This document shows positions 25,541 through 38,500 of a stretch of DNA of 64,000 nucleotides, piece after piece. Below the pieces are notes generated by a model. That model had not been told where the DNA came from. It did no database searches and was given only the letters and a program-made list of their open reading frames with translations. Positions within the stretch are counted from its first letter, which is position 1. Each line of letters begins with the position of its first letter. A program made the position numbers and the translations under genes. The stretch comes from Ptychomitrium polyphyllum (lineage: Eukaryota), in the NCBI GenBank assembly GCA_973851085.1, contig OZ316776.1:14012001-14076000 (forward strand), written 5' to 3'.

Positions 25541-26099
25541 TCCTTTGACCAATAGCAAAGTGGGAGTATTGCAAAGTGTGAAACATATACAATAATCCAA
25601 GTTGAAGTTTCCTTGTATAGGACTAGAGCTTGATATGTTGCTAATGGTTAAAGAAGTGTCAAGAAAGAAGCCATAGAGGATATGGAGGCTAGGGTTAAGA
25701 AAACGCAACATGGGTTTTGTATGGCAGCTAGGGTTAGGGCGGTTGTTAGGATTAGGGTGGCAGCTACGGCGGCTATGGCAGCTAGGGTTAGCTGCCACTT
25801 GTCATTCATATGGTGGTGGCAAATACATGGCCACCAAGTGGCACACTTTGGTGGATGACTCTCAAGTAGAAGTAAAGGAGTTTTGGAAGTGGGAGTCATC
25901 TTATTCCATACTTCTCTTGTTGCAACTTTGCACTCTCTCTTTTTGCTTGTTGAAAAGTTGTTGTATCAAGATGTATATTTCGAGATTACTTTGATTTTAT
26001 ACGTCCACCTACGGGAGCTTTGTTGCATTTTTTCAATAGTTCTTTCAGCTTTTAGATTGGAATCTTTAAGAACAATGTTTTGAGTATTATTATGTATTT

Positions 26100-27880
26100 G
26101 AATTGCTATCCCGAATCAATTCTTCACTTTGCTAATGATAAAAGAATACATGCTCCAATTCTTCTTGCACAACAAGGCTAAGCAAGTTAATAACAAGATG
26201 CGCATTGCAATGATTGGAAGCACATTTGCTCCAATATATATTCCACCATTGATGAGGTAGTTTGTTCATTTTATGTGCATTTAGAGCTGCCACCAGATAA
26301 AAGGCCCACTAGATTCTTCAAAAGATGTGAGATCATAGATGGCCTTGGCATTATTCATTCCAAGTTGATCGCAAAGTTTCTTCAATACTTTGTTGAAGGT
26401 CCTCTTTCCTTTTCCAATGTTTTGGATCTTTGCTACCCCCAACAAAAACGGATTTAGTAATGCATTAGCGTAATATAGATCCGTTAGCATCATTTTCCAA
26501 TTTTCTTTGAACTGCTCTTCTAGTTGCAATGCCATGGCTAGCAACAGTAGAAAAGGATCTTTCCACAATGCAAAGACCTGTTTTTTCAACTCACTCATCA
26601 TAATCTACGCTTTTTTCATAGCTAATTTTTTTCCATTAAAAATCCTTAAAGTTAATAAAACGGATTTTATCAAGTGAATGAAATTCTTATATTGCTTCCA
26701 TAATTAGTCATTTCTAATCTCGTGCCTCACAAATGAAGCTATGACATGCACACAATGTCTATTTTGCTTGTTAAATAGGGTAGCTACATACGTTGCCCAT
26801 TTTGCATCAATGACGTATTATTCTAACGCATATTTCACTTCTACCAAGCAATGCACCATCAAAAAGTTGCATGCAAATCTTATCTTCTTTGGAATTTTGA
26901 ATTGTAAGTTGGACAAAAATTGGCAAAATAAGGCCATGGGTGCATGAGGTCTCCACATGTACTTACTCATACACCGTTTCCTAATCCTAAGCTCATTCAT
27001 CCAAGTATCTTTTCTCCAATCTTCCAAAAAGAAGTCCAGTATATGTGCACAACATCCTTGCATATACAAGTTGGAAAATCTGTCACTCAAGAGTTTTAAG
27101 GCCCTCATCATAGTCGATAAATTATTTGTACAAATTTGAGACACATCCTTTGGGCTAGCATCAATGATGTACTATGCCATAGAATCTGCAATATATTATT
27201 TTGTCTTTTTATTTCTTTTGGTGTCAATAGATTTGAGGAACATGTCTCTGGCTAGACATACCATCATGACATTTATGAGAGGCTTCCTCATCACATTATC
27301 TTGTCCGTCATAACATATAGTAGTTCCATATGTTTTTATAGAATAGTTAGTAGCCGCTCTAACTTTCTCCTCAATACTTTCCCTCACTAGGGCTATCAAA
27401 TTTTTTCTCATGGCATAATAGGATGAAATTTGATAATTCATTGCCACCTTTGCGGTTGTCTGCACAGCCTTAACAAATGAAAGATAACGTGCTACATTAA
27501 ATGCAACATTTGCTTCATAAAATAATGAAGACCATAGAAGATTCAATTCCTTGCGCTTTAAAAGTGTCCATGCTTTGTTCATATTCTATTGATGCAAGGT
27601 GCGTGGAGCATTAGGAGAAGACCGCAAAGATAGCTTATTCAATACAAATGAATCATTAACTATAATAATGATGCGCTCTTCATACAAAAATGCCACTTCT
27701 TTTGGAGTGCTTTGACTTCCAAGGCAACCTTGAGAGGATCCTTCATTCTTACATTGCCTATCTCCATTCATTTCATATTTTGTCATGGAATTTGGAATGA
27801 TTCCTATGCAATTTTGGAATTTCACACATACGGCAATTGGTAATTTCTCACACATACTCCTTGTGGTTCACTTCCACCCA
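26100..27880 (-). pseudogene. hAT-family transposase relic (DUF659-type core plus C-terminal dimerisation motif)
   Basis: FYEANVAFNVA, TICYDGQDNVMRKPLINVM, QGCCAHILD and ALLNPF. At ~26130-26255 the minus strand reads QWW...IAMRIL...CKKNWSMYSFI. No TIRs identified. Confidence 0.8.
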
Positions 27881-28199
27881 TAGTGTGCAGATTCCTTTTC
27901 CTTCATCCAACTCATTTTCTTCCAACAAAACACCAGTGAACACAACTCTAAATGGCGTCATGTGGTAGTCTCCTAAACCATGGTATCTAATATGTGGTTG
28001 CATTGGTCAACGACTTGATAAGGTTTTCACTAATGCATTACAAAGATTTATGTAGCCAAGTACTCAAATGTTTTAATCTTATAGTTTAGTAAATATAAAA
28101 TAGAAGGCATTGCAAGCTACAAGTGAAGAATTGCAATAATTTGACAATCATAGGATGCATGCCATGCCCAATTCTTTGATCTTGCATAAGGATTCAATT

Positions 28200-29848
28200 T
28201 TGATTGAGTTTGCCTACAACAAAACCGCTCATGCTTCCATCCAATAAAGTCATTCTATTCCAAATATGGACATCATCCAAAGATGGATATATTACAGCCT
28301 CCACAATCTAAGAATCTAGCAGTAAAGGAATTTGTCACAAAAATGGCAGAGCTTCAAACAACCATGAAGATTTGACTAAAAGAAGCTCGGGAACTATACA
28401 AAACAGCAGCAAATGTAACAAAAAGAAGGAACAACCTCCATTCCAAGTTGGTGAAAAGGGATGGCTCCCTCAACGCAATATAAAGACCAATAGGCCATGT
28501 GACAAACTGGACTATCGCACATTGGAACCATTTGCAATCAAAAAACAAATCAACCATGTGGCATATTATTTGGAACTACTAACATCAATGAAGGTACATC
28601 ACGTCTTCCACGTTTTGCTTTTAGAGACTTATAAAGAATCAAGTATGCTTGGACAAAGGCAACTGCCACCACTTGTGGTTGAAACCAACAACCATCATGA
28701 ATTTGAAGTGGAAGAAGTGCTTGACTCACGGATAAGACGTGGAAAGCTGGATTATTTGGTACATTGGCATGGATATGACATCAGTGAATGTACATGGGAG
28801 CCAGCTAATAATCTTGCAAAATTACGAGTAAAAGTTTGTGAGTTCTATCAACAATATCCATCCAAACCAAAAGTGGTGGCACAAAGTACAGTGGCTCTGT
28901 AAAGCTGCGTAACCTTAAAGGCTCTTGATGCTTGGACTTTTAAGTAGGAGAGAAAGCAATTCCTAAATCATAAGTTTCTAAAGCCCTAGACATGATTTAG
29001 AAATTAGTTTTTTGTATTTTGAAGTTTGTCATAGTTTTTTGAAACTAGCTCAAAAGATTAGATATGGACAGTTAAAACGCAAAGACCATGCCAATGGTGT
29101 CAATTCAACCAAGTGACTCTTGTCAACGACCTTGTAATGAAGAACAGATTGGACCAAAGAGACGTCGAAGAATATCCAGCAATATATTGTTGGTGATTGT
29201 CTTTGAAGTAGAGCCAACTTACGAAGGTTATTTAGAAGCTCTTTTTGAAGGATGTTTTTACAACAAAGATACAAAAGCTAATACTTGGTCCCAAGTAGAA
29301 GGCATTGGACATTATCGGTGGTCACAAAGATCCATAAACCATTTGAATCAAGAAAGGTAATTGGCATATGTTGTAGATACCATGCGATAGATATTTGATT
29401 TTTTACAATTCTGAGCATTTGTTGCTCTTTAAAGACCTTGGAGCCAAAAGGGGAGGTGATGTCACGGACATACATATTAGAAGAATCTAAAAAGGTTCTT
29501 AGAAGATTTAAGAAGCTTCTACGGTAGTTACCTTCAGCTGAGGAAGCTTCCAAGGAAGTTGCCTTATTTTGTATGCTTTCAACAAAGCAACTCAAGGTTG
29601 CTTAAATACAAAGTAATGTAGGTAAAGCTTCTCAAGAAGCTTCTAAAGTTTTTACTTCTAGTATATATAAAAGTCGAGGCTGAAGAACTCTTCAGTCTCA
29701 ACAATGCATCTCTTGTAGTCTACTTTAGAGCTTCTGGCCTTGTCTTTTGTACCTTGTTGTAGTTCTTTACCTCTAATATACTTAAACTTTTCTTATTCCA
29801 CATTCTTGAATTTTGGAGCCTTGTCTTGTGGTTACTCTATTTGTAACA
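28200..29848 (+). mobile_element. 5'-truncated Tcn1-like element (family C): integrase end, chromodomain, PPT and 3' LTR 29460-29848
   Basis: ORF 28372-28902 contains EFEVEEVLDSR..YLVHWHGY. PPT AAAAGGGGAGGTGA is followed by TGTCAC...GTAACA. Confidence 0.85.
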
Positions 29849-29931
29849 ATATAGATATCTGAAATTGGAACCACCTTGGCACATTCAGACACCTATACCA
29901 CCTTAGCACATATAAATACTAAATAAAAAGA

Positions 29932-30770
29932 ATGGATACTATTTCTAATCACATAGAATTTGCTGCACAACCATCCAAACACATGGATTTAAAATTAGCA
30001 CAAGTAGAGAGGTTGGTAGAAGCCTTTGCATATCCAATTTTACATCTAGGGATTATCAAAATATGAGCCATCTATTTGGCATGTCTTGAATCATATACAT
30101 TGTAGTAGAAAAGCAACTCACTTGAGTCCATTTTGTGGATCGACTGGGCATATTCCCAAGTTATAAACAATCGAATATTTATCTTGCAAGGTGGAATTGA
30201 TTTGGAAATTTGCACAAGCTTTAAGATTTATTGTAGGCAATACGTAAAGCTGGCATGGATTCTACTTTATGTCATGGACCTAGTCCATAAAAGCAGGGTC
30301 ATCTACAACAACTTGTCACCATCAAGTATCTTGTTGCATTTTTTAGAGAGCGATCTCATTGCAGTAAGTATTGGAGTACACAAGTAGGGAGCTGCATATT
30401 ATATAAGCAAAGAGGTTCCATCCCATTTTGGATACAAGTCCATGGAAAAATGCAAGGCAGAATAATACTCAAAGTAGTGGACTGCACTTGAGTAGTTTTA
30501 TACCATTGAGCCAAAAGGAAGTGATGAGGATTTTAAGGAAATCTAGGAAAACCACATATTCACGCAACTTTTACATGCGTATTTGATGGGCCAAATAGCC
30601 ATGAAAATATTCAACGACAACTTTGACAAAGATTTGCTTGTGGACACATCCACCCAAGCTCATTTCAAGAGCAAGCTCCAAAGGCTATGCCATGAAGATT
30701 CTACAAAGCACCTTACATTAGCAAAGGTGGTCAAAGAGCTCACCACGCCACCATTCGATTTCTCTCTCCA
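29932..30770 (+). pseudogene. Decayed intronless protein kinase
   Basis: One frame with stops reads EFAAQ (subdomain II-like), HLGIIKI (IV), VIYNNLSPSSILL (VIb-like), GVHK*G (VII-like), WTALE (APE-like), HAYLMG (IX-like) and LCHEDSTKHLTL (XI-like). Confidence 0.6.
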
Positions 30771-31129
30771 TATACATGTTACTGTATGGAAATATAAGAT
30801 GTACGGTAATCATATAAAGTTATGGTCTATAGTTGAAATAGAGCTAAGGAAACAATTGTAGAAGATCAATAATAATTCTTTATTGTAATAATTGAACATA
30901 TGAACATGAATATACATGATTGTATTTATTTCTAGATGTTAATTATTTGTTGTGTGAATAAATGTAAATAAGGTCGTTGGTGGGATATTAGTCACAAGGT
31001 TCAATAGTTTTCACTATGCCACATCAGTACTAGGCATACAATGACTTCCATGATTAAATCTTGCAGTCACTTTTTACCTATATTTAAAGATCCCGGATTT
31101 TTGTATGTTTGCGATTGATAATTCAAAGT

Positions 31130-31350
31130 TGGTAAAGATTTGTGATTGCTTAAACTTGGTTGTTGCATGGTTGCTGCAGATCCTTTGTTGCACATTTGCA
31201 ATTGCTGCAATCCTGCGGCCGCACATTCTTAGTTGCTGTAAATCTACAACCGCTGTAATCCGCAGTGACTGCAAATCAGCAATCCTACATCTGTGTTCTC
31301 CAAAGACGTGTTGTTGTAGATCCGCAATCACAAATTCCACAAAATGCAGT
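31130..31350. repeat. Degenerate GTTGCTGCA(G/A)ATC-type repeat cluster
   Basis: Recurrent GTTGCTGCAGATCC / TTGCTGCAATCC / GTTGCTGTAAATCT / GTTGTTGTAGATCC motifs. Confidence 0.5.
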
Positions 31351-32731
31351 CAACTAGCCAATTGGCGGGAGCAATCTCCAGTTTCCGTAGTTAATACATC
31401 CACTTGTCAACTCGTAGTTCCCGCCTACCCATGGTTGTACGTTGCAGTTTGATTCAAGGCTAAGGTCGCTTGAAGATAGAGTGTCACTAAATAACATGCT
31501 ATTCAGACTAAGTGGACAAAGTAAATTTTCATTTATCTTTGTTTGATCAACGCCAAGTTTGACCTGACTAGAGGATCCAGCAGATGGATCGTTGTAATGG
31601 ACATGATAGTCATGACAAACATAAAATTTGACAATCTTGCTCTAGCATCTAGATCTACTTTAATAGAAGACGCATAAATTCAAGTTGGAAATTCAATGTC
31701 AATAGTCAAGGAACTAAGAATCAGCCTTTCGGAAAGGTTTGATGGTATGCGTTCAAAATTTCAAGGCTTTGTAAATCAAGTTCAAATTGTTACCTTATTC
31801 CAGCCTCAACACTATTCTATAGATGCTTTACGCATTGGTTTGGTGGAAACATTGCTCTCAAGACAAACATTGTGTTGATTTGCACTACTTTTCAAGAAGA
31901 ATTATGCAATACTCAGCTACTTTATCACATTCATAGCTGTGTTTGCAAAAGAATGTGGTGATTATAACAAGCTCCATTTTGCAACCACTAAAATTTGCGC
32001 CTTGCGCCAAGGACCAAGTTCGATGTCAATGTATGCATTAGAATTTCAACAACTTGCATGCAACATTAATTAGGCAGAAAGAGCGTTAATGAAGCAACTT
32101 CATTGGGGTGTACGTGACAAGATTAAAAATTTATTGCTATCTATATTAGATCCACAAAAACACTTGATGAAGCCATCAATCAAGCTTTGAATTGCAATAA
32201 TTGTCTATTTCAAAATCAGTAAAATAAATAGGCATTAATTACGCCAAGGCCATATACCAAATTTTCAATAGCCTCAGCCCCGTCCACCTCTAATAAGTGC
32301 TTAGAAGCGGAAGCCATATAAATTGATGCAATTTGTTTCAAGTTCCTTATTAAACATAAGAAGAAGTAGTAGAAAGAACAAAGGTTATGTTTGTATTGTG
32401 GAAAATTGGATCACAAAGTTAATAACCACCTAGAAAAATTCCTATGTACTTATCTGATGAGGAATACAATCATGATGCCAAATGCTTTGTAGGAAAACAA
32501 ACGTCTAGCCACAATAGGAACTGTACAACTGAATTTGCTATTTTTGCAAGAAAAAAAGGATTATATCTTCTTAGCCTATCCTTCTTCTTGTTTTACTACA
32601 CATGTTTGTTTAGGTGTTTGGAAGCTCAAATGCCTTGGTTTGCTAGATTTAGGAACCTTTACTTGCTTTATTAACAAAGAGTTTTGAAAGCCCATAAGTT
32701 TCATTTTATTAAAAAGTCCTAGTCAATTCAT

Positions 32732-34313
32732 GTATGAGCTATAGAATTAGCTTATTATAGATTTTTTCTTTAAAAAATGACAACTTTAATATTGTACAAG
32801 AGATTAGGTTTAATTAGAGCAAAAGAAGTTGGATTATAATTGTTATTAAAGAAAATAAAGGGCAAGTGGGAGATGCTCATAATCCATGACATTTAAGACC
32901 AACGCAAGAATGAAAGTATAGAAAGAAAGATGAATTCTATAACTTGGATATATTTGTTGCAGATTTTAGAATTGAAGCTAAATTTAGAATGATAGTCAAA
33001 ATCAAAAATTGCTCTTGATTTTAGAATTGCAGCTATATTTAGAAATTCTAGAGTTAGGAAAAATTATTGTATAACTCGGTTAGATAATTCAAGAATTGCA
33101 AGAGGGTATTTAAAGAGTAGTTAGAGTAGTTTAAAGGGGGTTTGGAGGAGCAAGATTTAGAGAATTGGAATTATAAAGAATTAAAATAGTAGTAGAAAGG
33201 GAAGAAGAAGTTTATTAGAAGTCTTGGAGGAAGAGTGTTTGAAAGATTGGGAGGGTAGCAAGTAAGTTTGATAGAAGTAGAAAAGAAGTAAGCAAGAATT
33301 AAGGTTGATGCAACAGTTTTAGAAAAAAGTAAGTAGGATAAGAATTAGCAAGTATTTGTAAGGATGTAGAAGAAGATAACAGTCTTAATTTAGTAGAACT
33401 TTGTAGTTGTTTTTTTTCCTTTCTCCCTGAACTTGCAAGAGGGGAAACGCTATCGCGACAGCAAAAATGCAAGGCCGACAGGGTTGAGATTTCCAAAGGT
33501 GGAATCGGCAGAGTAGAAATCGATCACATGAAGATCCACCATAATGTCCAAAGGTGGGGTGAAACAGAGAGCAAAGAACGACATAAGAACCAGCAGAGCC
33601 GCAAATACAAGCAAAGCCAACACAGCAAAGACCAACCACGCGGAGGATCCATTGCGACCTGCAAAGTTAGAATGAAACCAAAAAAAAAAAAAAAATGGCA
33701 AAGGGACCAGCAGCGAGAAAAGTTAGGATTATGCAGTGATCCACTTCAGCACAATTCAATAAACAACAGCACAATTCAATAAACAACAGCCCAAAGGACA
33801 ACAGCTAGGCCTTGGTGTCATTTGATTATTGCTGAAGAATAAACCCAGGCTTAATTATTATTGCAACTAAAAAATTCGAAGGTGATTGACTTGACAAGAA
33901 GACCCATATTGAAATTGCATGACAATTGGAAGTCTTATTAAGACTTGTAAGCAAGTGATTCATGAAATAGTGGAAAATGAAACACTCACAAGAAGTTATC
34001 AACTGATAATTAAATATTCTATATAATAAATTGAATACTTATAGTGAGCTACCAAAGTTAAAGTAGTTATTAGGCTCACATTTTGTAACCACTAGTCATG
34101 GTAGTTGCTAGCCACTTAGTTATACAAGATAATTGAAGCTAAACATCTCTAATTAGGCTACCAAAAATAGCAACCATTAAACTTGCTCACTAAAAGCTAA
34201 ACAGGCTAGAAATCCATCACAAACACTACAAAATGCTTAACACACATCAATATAAAAAGAAACATGTGAATTAGGGATTGTTTCAATTAATAAGACGGTA
34301 TTTTAATTCATAC
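32732..34313. mobile_element. Unclassified 1.58-kb non-coding insertion in the protease region
   Basis: The host frame ..SIH|VKAKDG.. is interrupted. Ends GTATGA...TCATAC are flanked by CAT/CAT. There is an internal 20-bp tandem duplication at ~33747-33790. Confidence 0.65.
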
Positions 34314-36930
34314 CATGTAAAAGCCAAAGATGGCCAATTTTTTTCTTCTAGAGATGTTATTCATGAGACTTATTCATTAAAAATAACTTTGGATAATTAT
34401 AATAGCCAAGTAGTGTTTAATGTCATTTTGTCTCCATCAAGTCCCATTATCTTAGGGCTCTCTTGGTTGGAAAAGTAGAACTTGCTTATAGATTGGACAT
34501 CTTGTAAAATAGAATTTCCAACATTAAAACATGTAGCTACCAAGCCTAGAGAAGAATTTCATGCATTTAACAAGCTTAAAACCACAAATGTTTCTTTATT
34601 GGATCTAGAATATTTATAAAGGTAGTATAAGATGCCATTTTTTGTGTTATATATGCGACTTTGATGTTTACAATGTGGTTTCATCATTAACCATTTAAAA
34701 AAATTATAAGGAGTTTCAAGATGTTTTTGCAGAAAAGAATGTAAATATTCTACCAAAACATCGTTCCTACGTTTGTGCCATTGACTTCTAAGATGGCACT
34801 CAACTACTATTTGGACCTATTTAAGACTTATTCCAAAACAAACTTTTGGCATTAAGAGAGTATATTGATGAAAACTTAACCAAGAACTTCAGTTGGCATT
34901 CAAAGTCTCTTATTGGTGCCCAATACTTTTTGTAAAGAAAAAAAATGGATCTTTGCAAATGTTTGTTAATTGCTGCGGCCTCAATAAACTAATCGTGAAG
35001 AACTCATACCTATTGTTGCTGATATCTAAACTTTCTGATAAACTTGGCCAAGCAAAGATCTATATCAAAATATACTTGTAAAGAACTCATAACTTGGTGC
35101 GCATCAAAGAAGGAGACAAATGGAAGACGACATTTCAAACAAGGTATGGACATTTTGAATACAATGTCATGCCTTTTGAACTTACCAACACATTTTGAGA
35201 GTACTTTGATGATTTTGTTATATGCTATTTGGATGATATCTTGATCTATTTAAAAAACCTAAAAGAGCATGAATAACATGTCTGCATAGTCCTACAAAAA
35301 CTACAAAATATTGGTTTGTAGGCCAAGCTGAAGAAATATATCTTCTACAAGCTTCAAATGGAATTCCTTTATTATATCATCTTGAACTAAGGACTATTAA
35401 TGGATCCAATGAAATTGAAGCAATCAGCGATTGGATGAGGCCAAAATTGGTAAGTAATGTTCAATGTTTTTTTATCTTTGGAAACTTCCATAGGATCTTT
35501 ATCAAGGATTGTTTCCAAATAATTACACCATCCACGCGGCTAACATGTAAGGAAAAGCTAAAGTAGAGATTTGATGCAATGAAGGCATTTTAAAGTTTGA
35601 AATGAGTTGTTACTACAATCCATATTTTGGTCCATCTGCACTTTTCAAAGCAATTTTATATGGTGATGGATACTTTCAACTTTGCATGAGGAGCAATATT
35701 GTAGAAACCAGGAGAAGAAAGGAGACTCCATCCAGTTGCATTCCATTCCAAAAAAAAGTCACTTGTAAAATCAATTATGAAATTTGCACCAAGGAAGTTC
35801 TTGCAGTTGTAGATTCTTTTTAAGAATGGCACAACATGCTCAAAGGTGCTATGCATCTAATTATAATATATATAAACAACAAGAACCTAAAATATTTCAA
35901 TTTAAGCCGCGTTTTCAATTGTTAGCAAACTTGTTGGAATATATCACTATCTCAATTTGATTTCTGCATCATATATTGACTCAAAAAACAACATGGATTG
36001 TAGGATACCTTGTTTAGGCGATCATATCTTGCGTCAAAAGAAGGAGAAGCAGCATACAATCAACAACAAGCAACTTTATTGAAGCTTGAACAATTATGCA
36101 TACGCACAAATACTATTTCAGCTCTAGTAGATTCATCATTGCTTAAATACGTTCATGTTGCATCTACCAATGATCCACGTGTCTTTTATGTTAAACATCA
36201 TTCCAACAAACTTCCTAAAAATGTATCTAAGTTCAAATTTGTGGACAACCTCATGTACTTTAAAGAACGTTTATATATTCCTAGAGGATTAATCCGCCTT
36301 TGTGTATTTGAAACATGTCATGATTTTCTTGTGGCTTGACATTTTGGATTCAACAAGACTTTGGAATTCTTCTCTCTCAATTTTTTGTGCCCTCATATGT
36401 GGAAGGCCGTTAAGAACTTTGTACTCTCGTATGATACGTGCTCTTGATTGAAGAATTTAGGACACCGTCCATATAGACTTCTCCAACCATTTCCAATTCT
36501 AAAACAACCGTAGTCATCTATTTTTATGGATTTCATCACAGATCTTCCACCATCAATAACGTTTGATACCATCTTTGTTGTGGTAAATCGCTTGACCAAG
36601 ATGACACAATTTGTACCTTACAAGAAGATGATAACAAAAAAAAACCGCCAGACATTTTATAGATAATATCTACTACTATTATGGACTATCCAACAATATC
36701 AAAATGGATTGTGGGCCATGATTTGTATCAAGATTTTGGAAATCAATCTTTGAAATCTTTAAAGTGGACATTAAACTTTCACCCTCCCTCCATCCTCAAA
36801 CTGATGATCATATAGAGCAAGCCAACTAGATCTTGGAACAATATATAAAGTATATCAGCAACTATCAATAAGATGATTGCGCCTTGTACTTGACATTGGC
36901 TGAATTTGCTTACAACAATACTGCTCTTGC

Positions 36931-38500
36931 TGTTGTGTTGTAAATAGTTATATGGCTTAAACTTAGTTAGTATGTATTATTTTATGGATTTTAATGTATT
37001 GTGTCTTAAAAAAGAGTACTAGAATGAAAAGAGAAGTTTGGTGAATAAGATTGTGGTGAAACCACTGTTTTAAGTGTCTTGGCGGTAGAACTGCATCTTG
37101 TCTTAGTTCATGATGAAGGCGTTGGTTGACTGTGTTATTTTCCTACTTGCCGTTCTCATTAGCAGTACCAAGCCAAGTGCCGCCATCTCAATCAACAAAT
37201 CCAACAAGAATCAAACTCAAACCGGTTCTGCAGTTGAACTTTATCCAATCAAGCAAGTTCGTGACTTGGTATTTGATTATGCCTGAATAGTGACTTTATA
37301 TTCATTGAACTTCAATCTTTTTCCTATTTTCTTCCTTTTATTTTAATTTTAGTTTCCTACTTTATATTTGTGAGGATTGGTATTGTCTTCCTTTGTAATT
37401 TGGAACCTCAAAGTTTCAACCAAAGAAAAAAGTTTAAAAAAAATTAAAAATAAAATAAAATATTTAGGTTGTTTTTTATTTGAAGATATGGTTAGATAAA
37501 GGCTTGATTAAGGAGATTAAAGGTTGATGTGGAGGAATAAGGCTGATATAGAGTGATAAAAGGCGGATGTGGCGGTTTGACCACCGCTTTCTTCTTCTCT
37601 CTTAGCCTCTCCCATTTGTTACTAAAGGCAGCTTTTCTTTCGACCATAGGGAATAGTACACTTCTTAGTTTGAATTGATTTTTATTGGGTTTTTCTTTTT
37701 TCTTTGTTAACTCTCCAGAATGTTATCACAAGCTCCATTTGGAGTTAGTATGTGACCGTGGCTCTAGTTTGAGTGAAGTTGAATCAGCTGCCTTGAGTTT
37801 TAGAGAGCAACTGCTTTGGGTGCTTATAACTTTTTGTATATTTGAATTATGGTGCTAAAACTTGGAGGGTAGTATTTTAACTATTTCAACACAATATTGT
37901 AAAAATCAAGAAAAAAAAAGCTTGCATAGTGGAAGATATAAGAAAAATTGTACTCAAAACTTTGAGAGCTATATACAGAGTTGGGATTGTACATTTTGGG
38001 CCATAAGAGAGGATTGAAGGAATTTTTGAGGTTGGTGTTTTGATGAAGTATTTATTGTAAGATCATTTATGTGCTTGTAGATTTTTAAATTTATATTTGT
38101 AATAAAGAAGAAATTATGAAGTAGCAAAGTAGATGGGGTCCACAAACTGTGGCTAGTAGGAAGTGAGAACTTTGAAAGTATGGTTCTCAATGCATATAGT
38201 AGCTATGGTTATGAAATTTTTAGCATACTTTTATAGATGCCTTAAAAGTATATTTTCAAAACATCAAGTTCATTTAATCCTTACAATAGGAAATATGATC
38301 AAAATTGTAAGCGGATTTATGATGGCAGTATGTAGTTATGGTTTGGGTTTGGATTCTGATCTTTATAAAGTTTAAAATGCATGATCAAAGAACTCTTTCA
38401 CTTAAATAACTAAGTAAATACCATATCGTCAATTTATTGAGTGATTAGTAGCAGCCAAAGGCCCAGTGCTTTCTCAAACCAAGGCTCTTTTATCACAACA
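36931..38500 (+). mobile_element. Solo LTR, family D, in the integrase of the family C element
   Basis: TGTTGTG...CACAACA termini with flanks TTGC/ATGC. The host is continuous across it when compared with 28225-28270. Confidence 0.8.

Larger units (their letters stand above)
6553..26038 (+). mobile_element. Full-length Ty1/copia LTR retrotransposon, disrupted by two nested gypsy elements
   Basis: 5' LTR 6553-6717 + 13006-13271 and 3' LTR 25567-26038, both TATTG...CAATA. PBS GGTTATGGGCCCA follows the 5' LTR and PPT AAAGTGGGAG precedes the 3' LTR. Domain order is gag-PR-IN-RT-RH. Degenerate TSD ATTCC/GTTCT. Confidence 0.9.
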
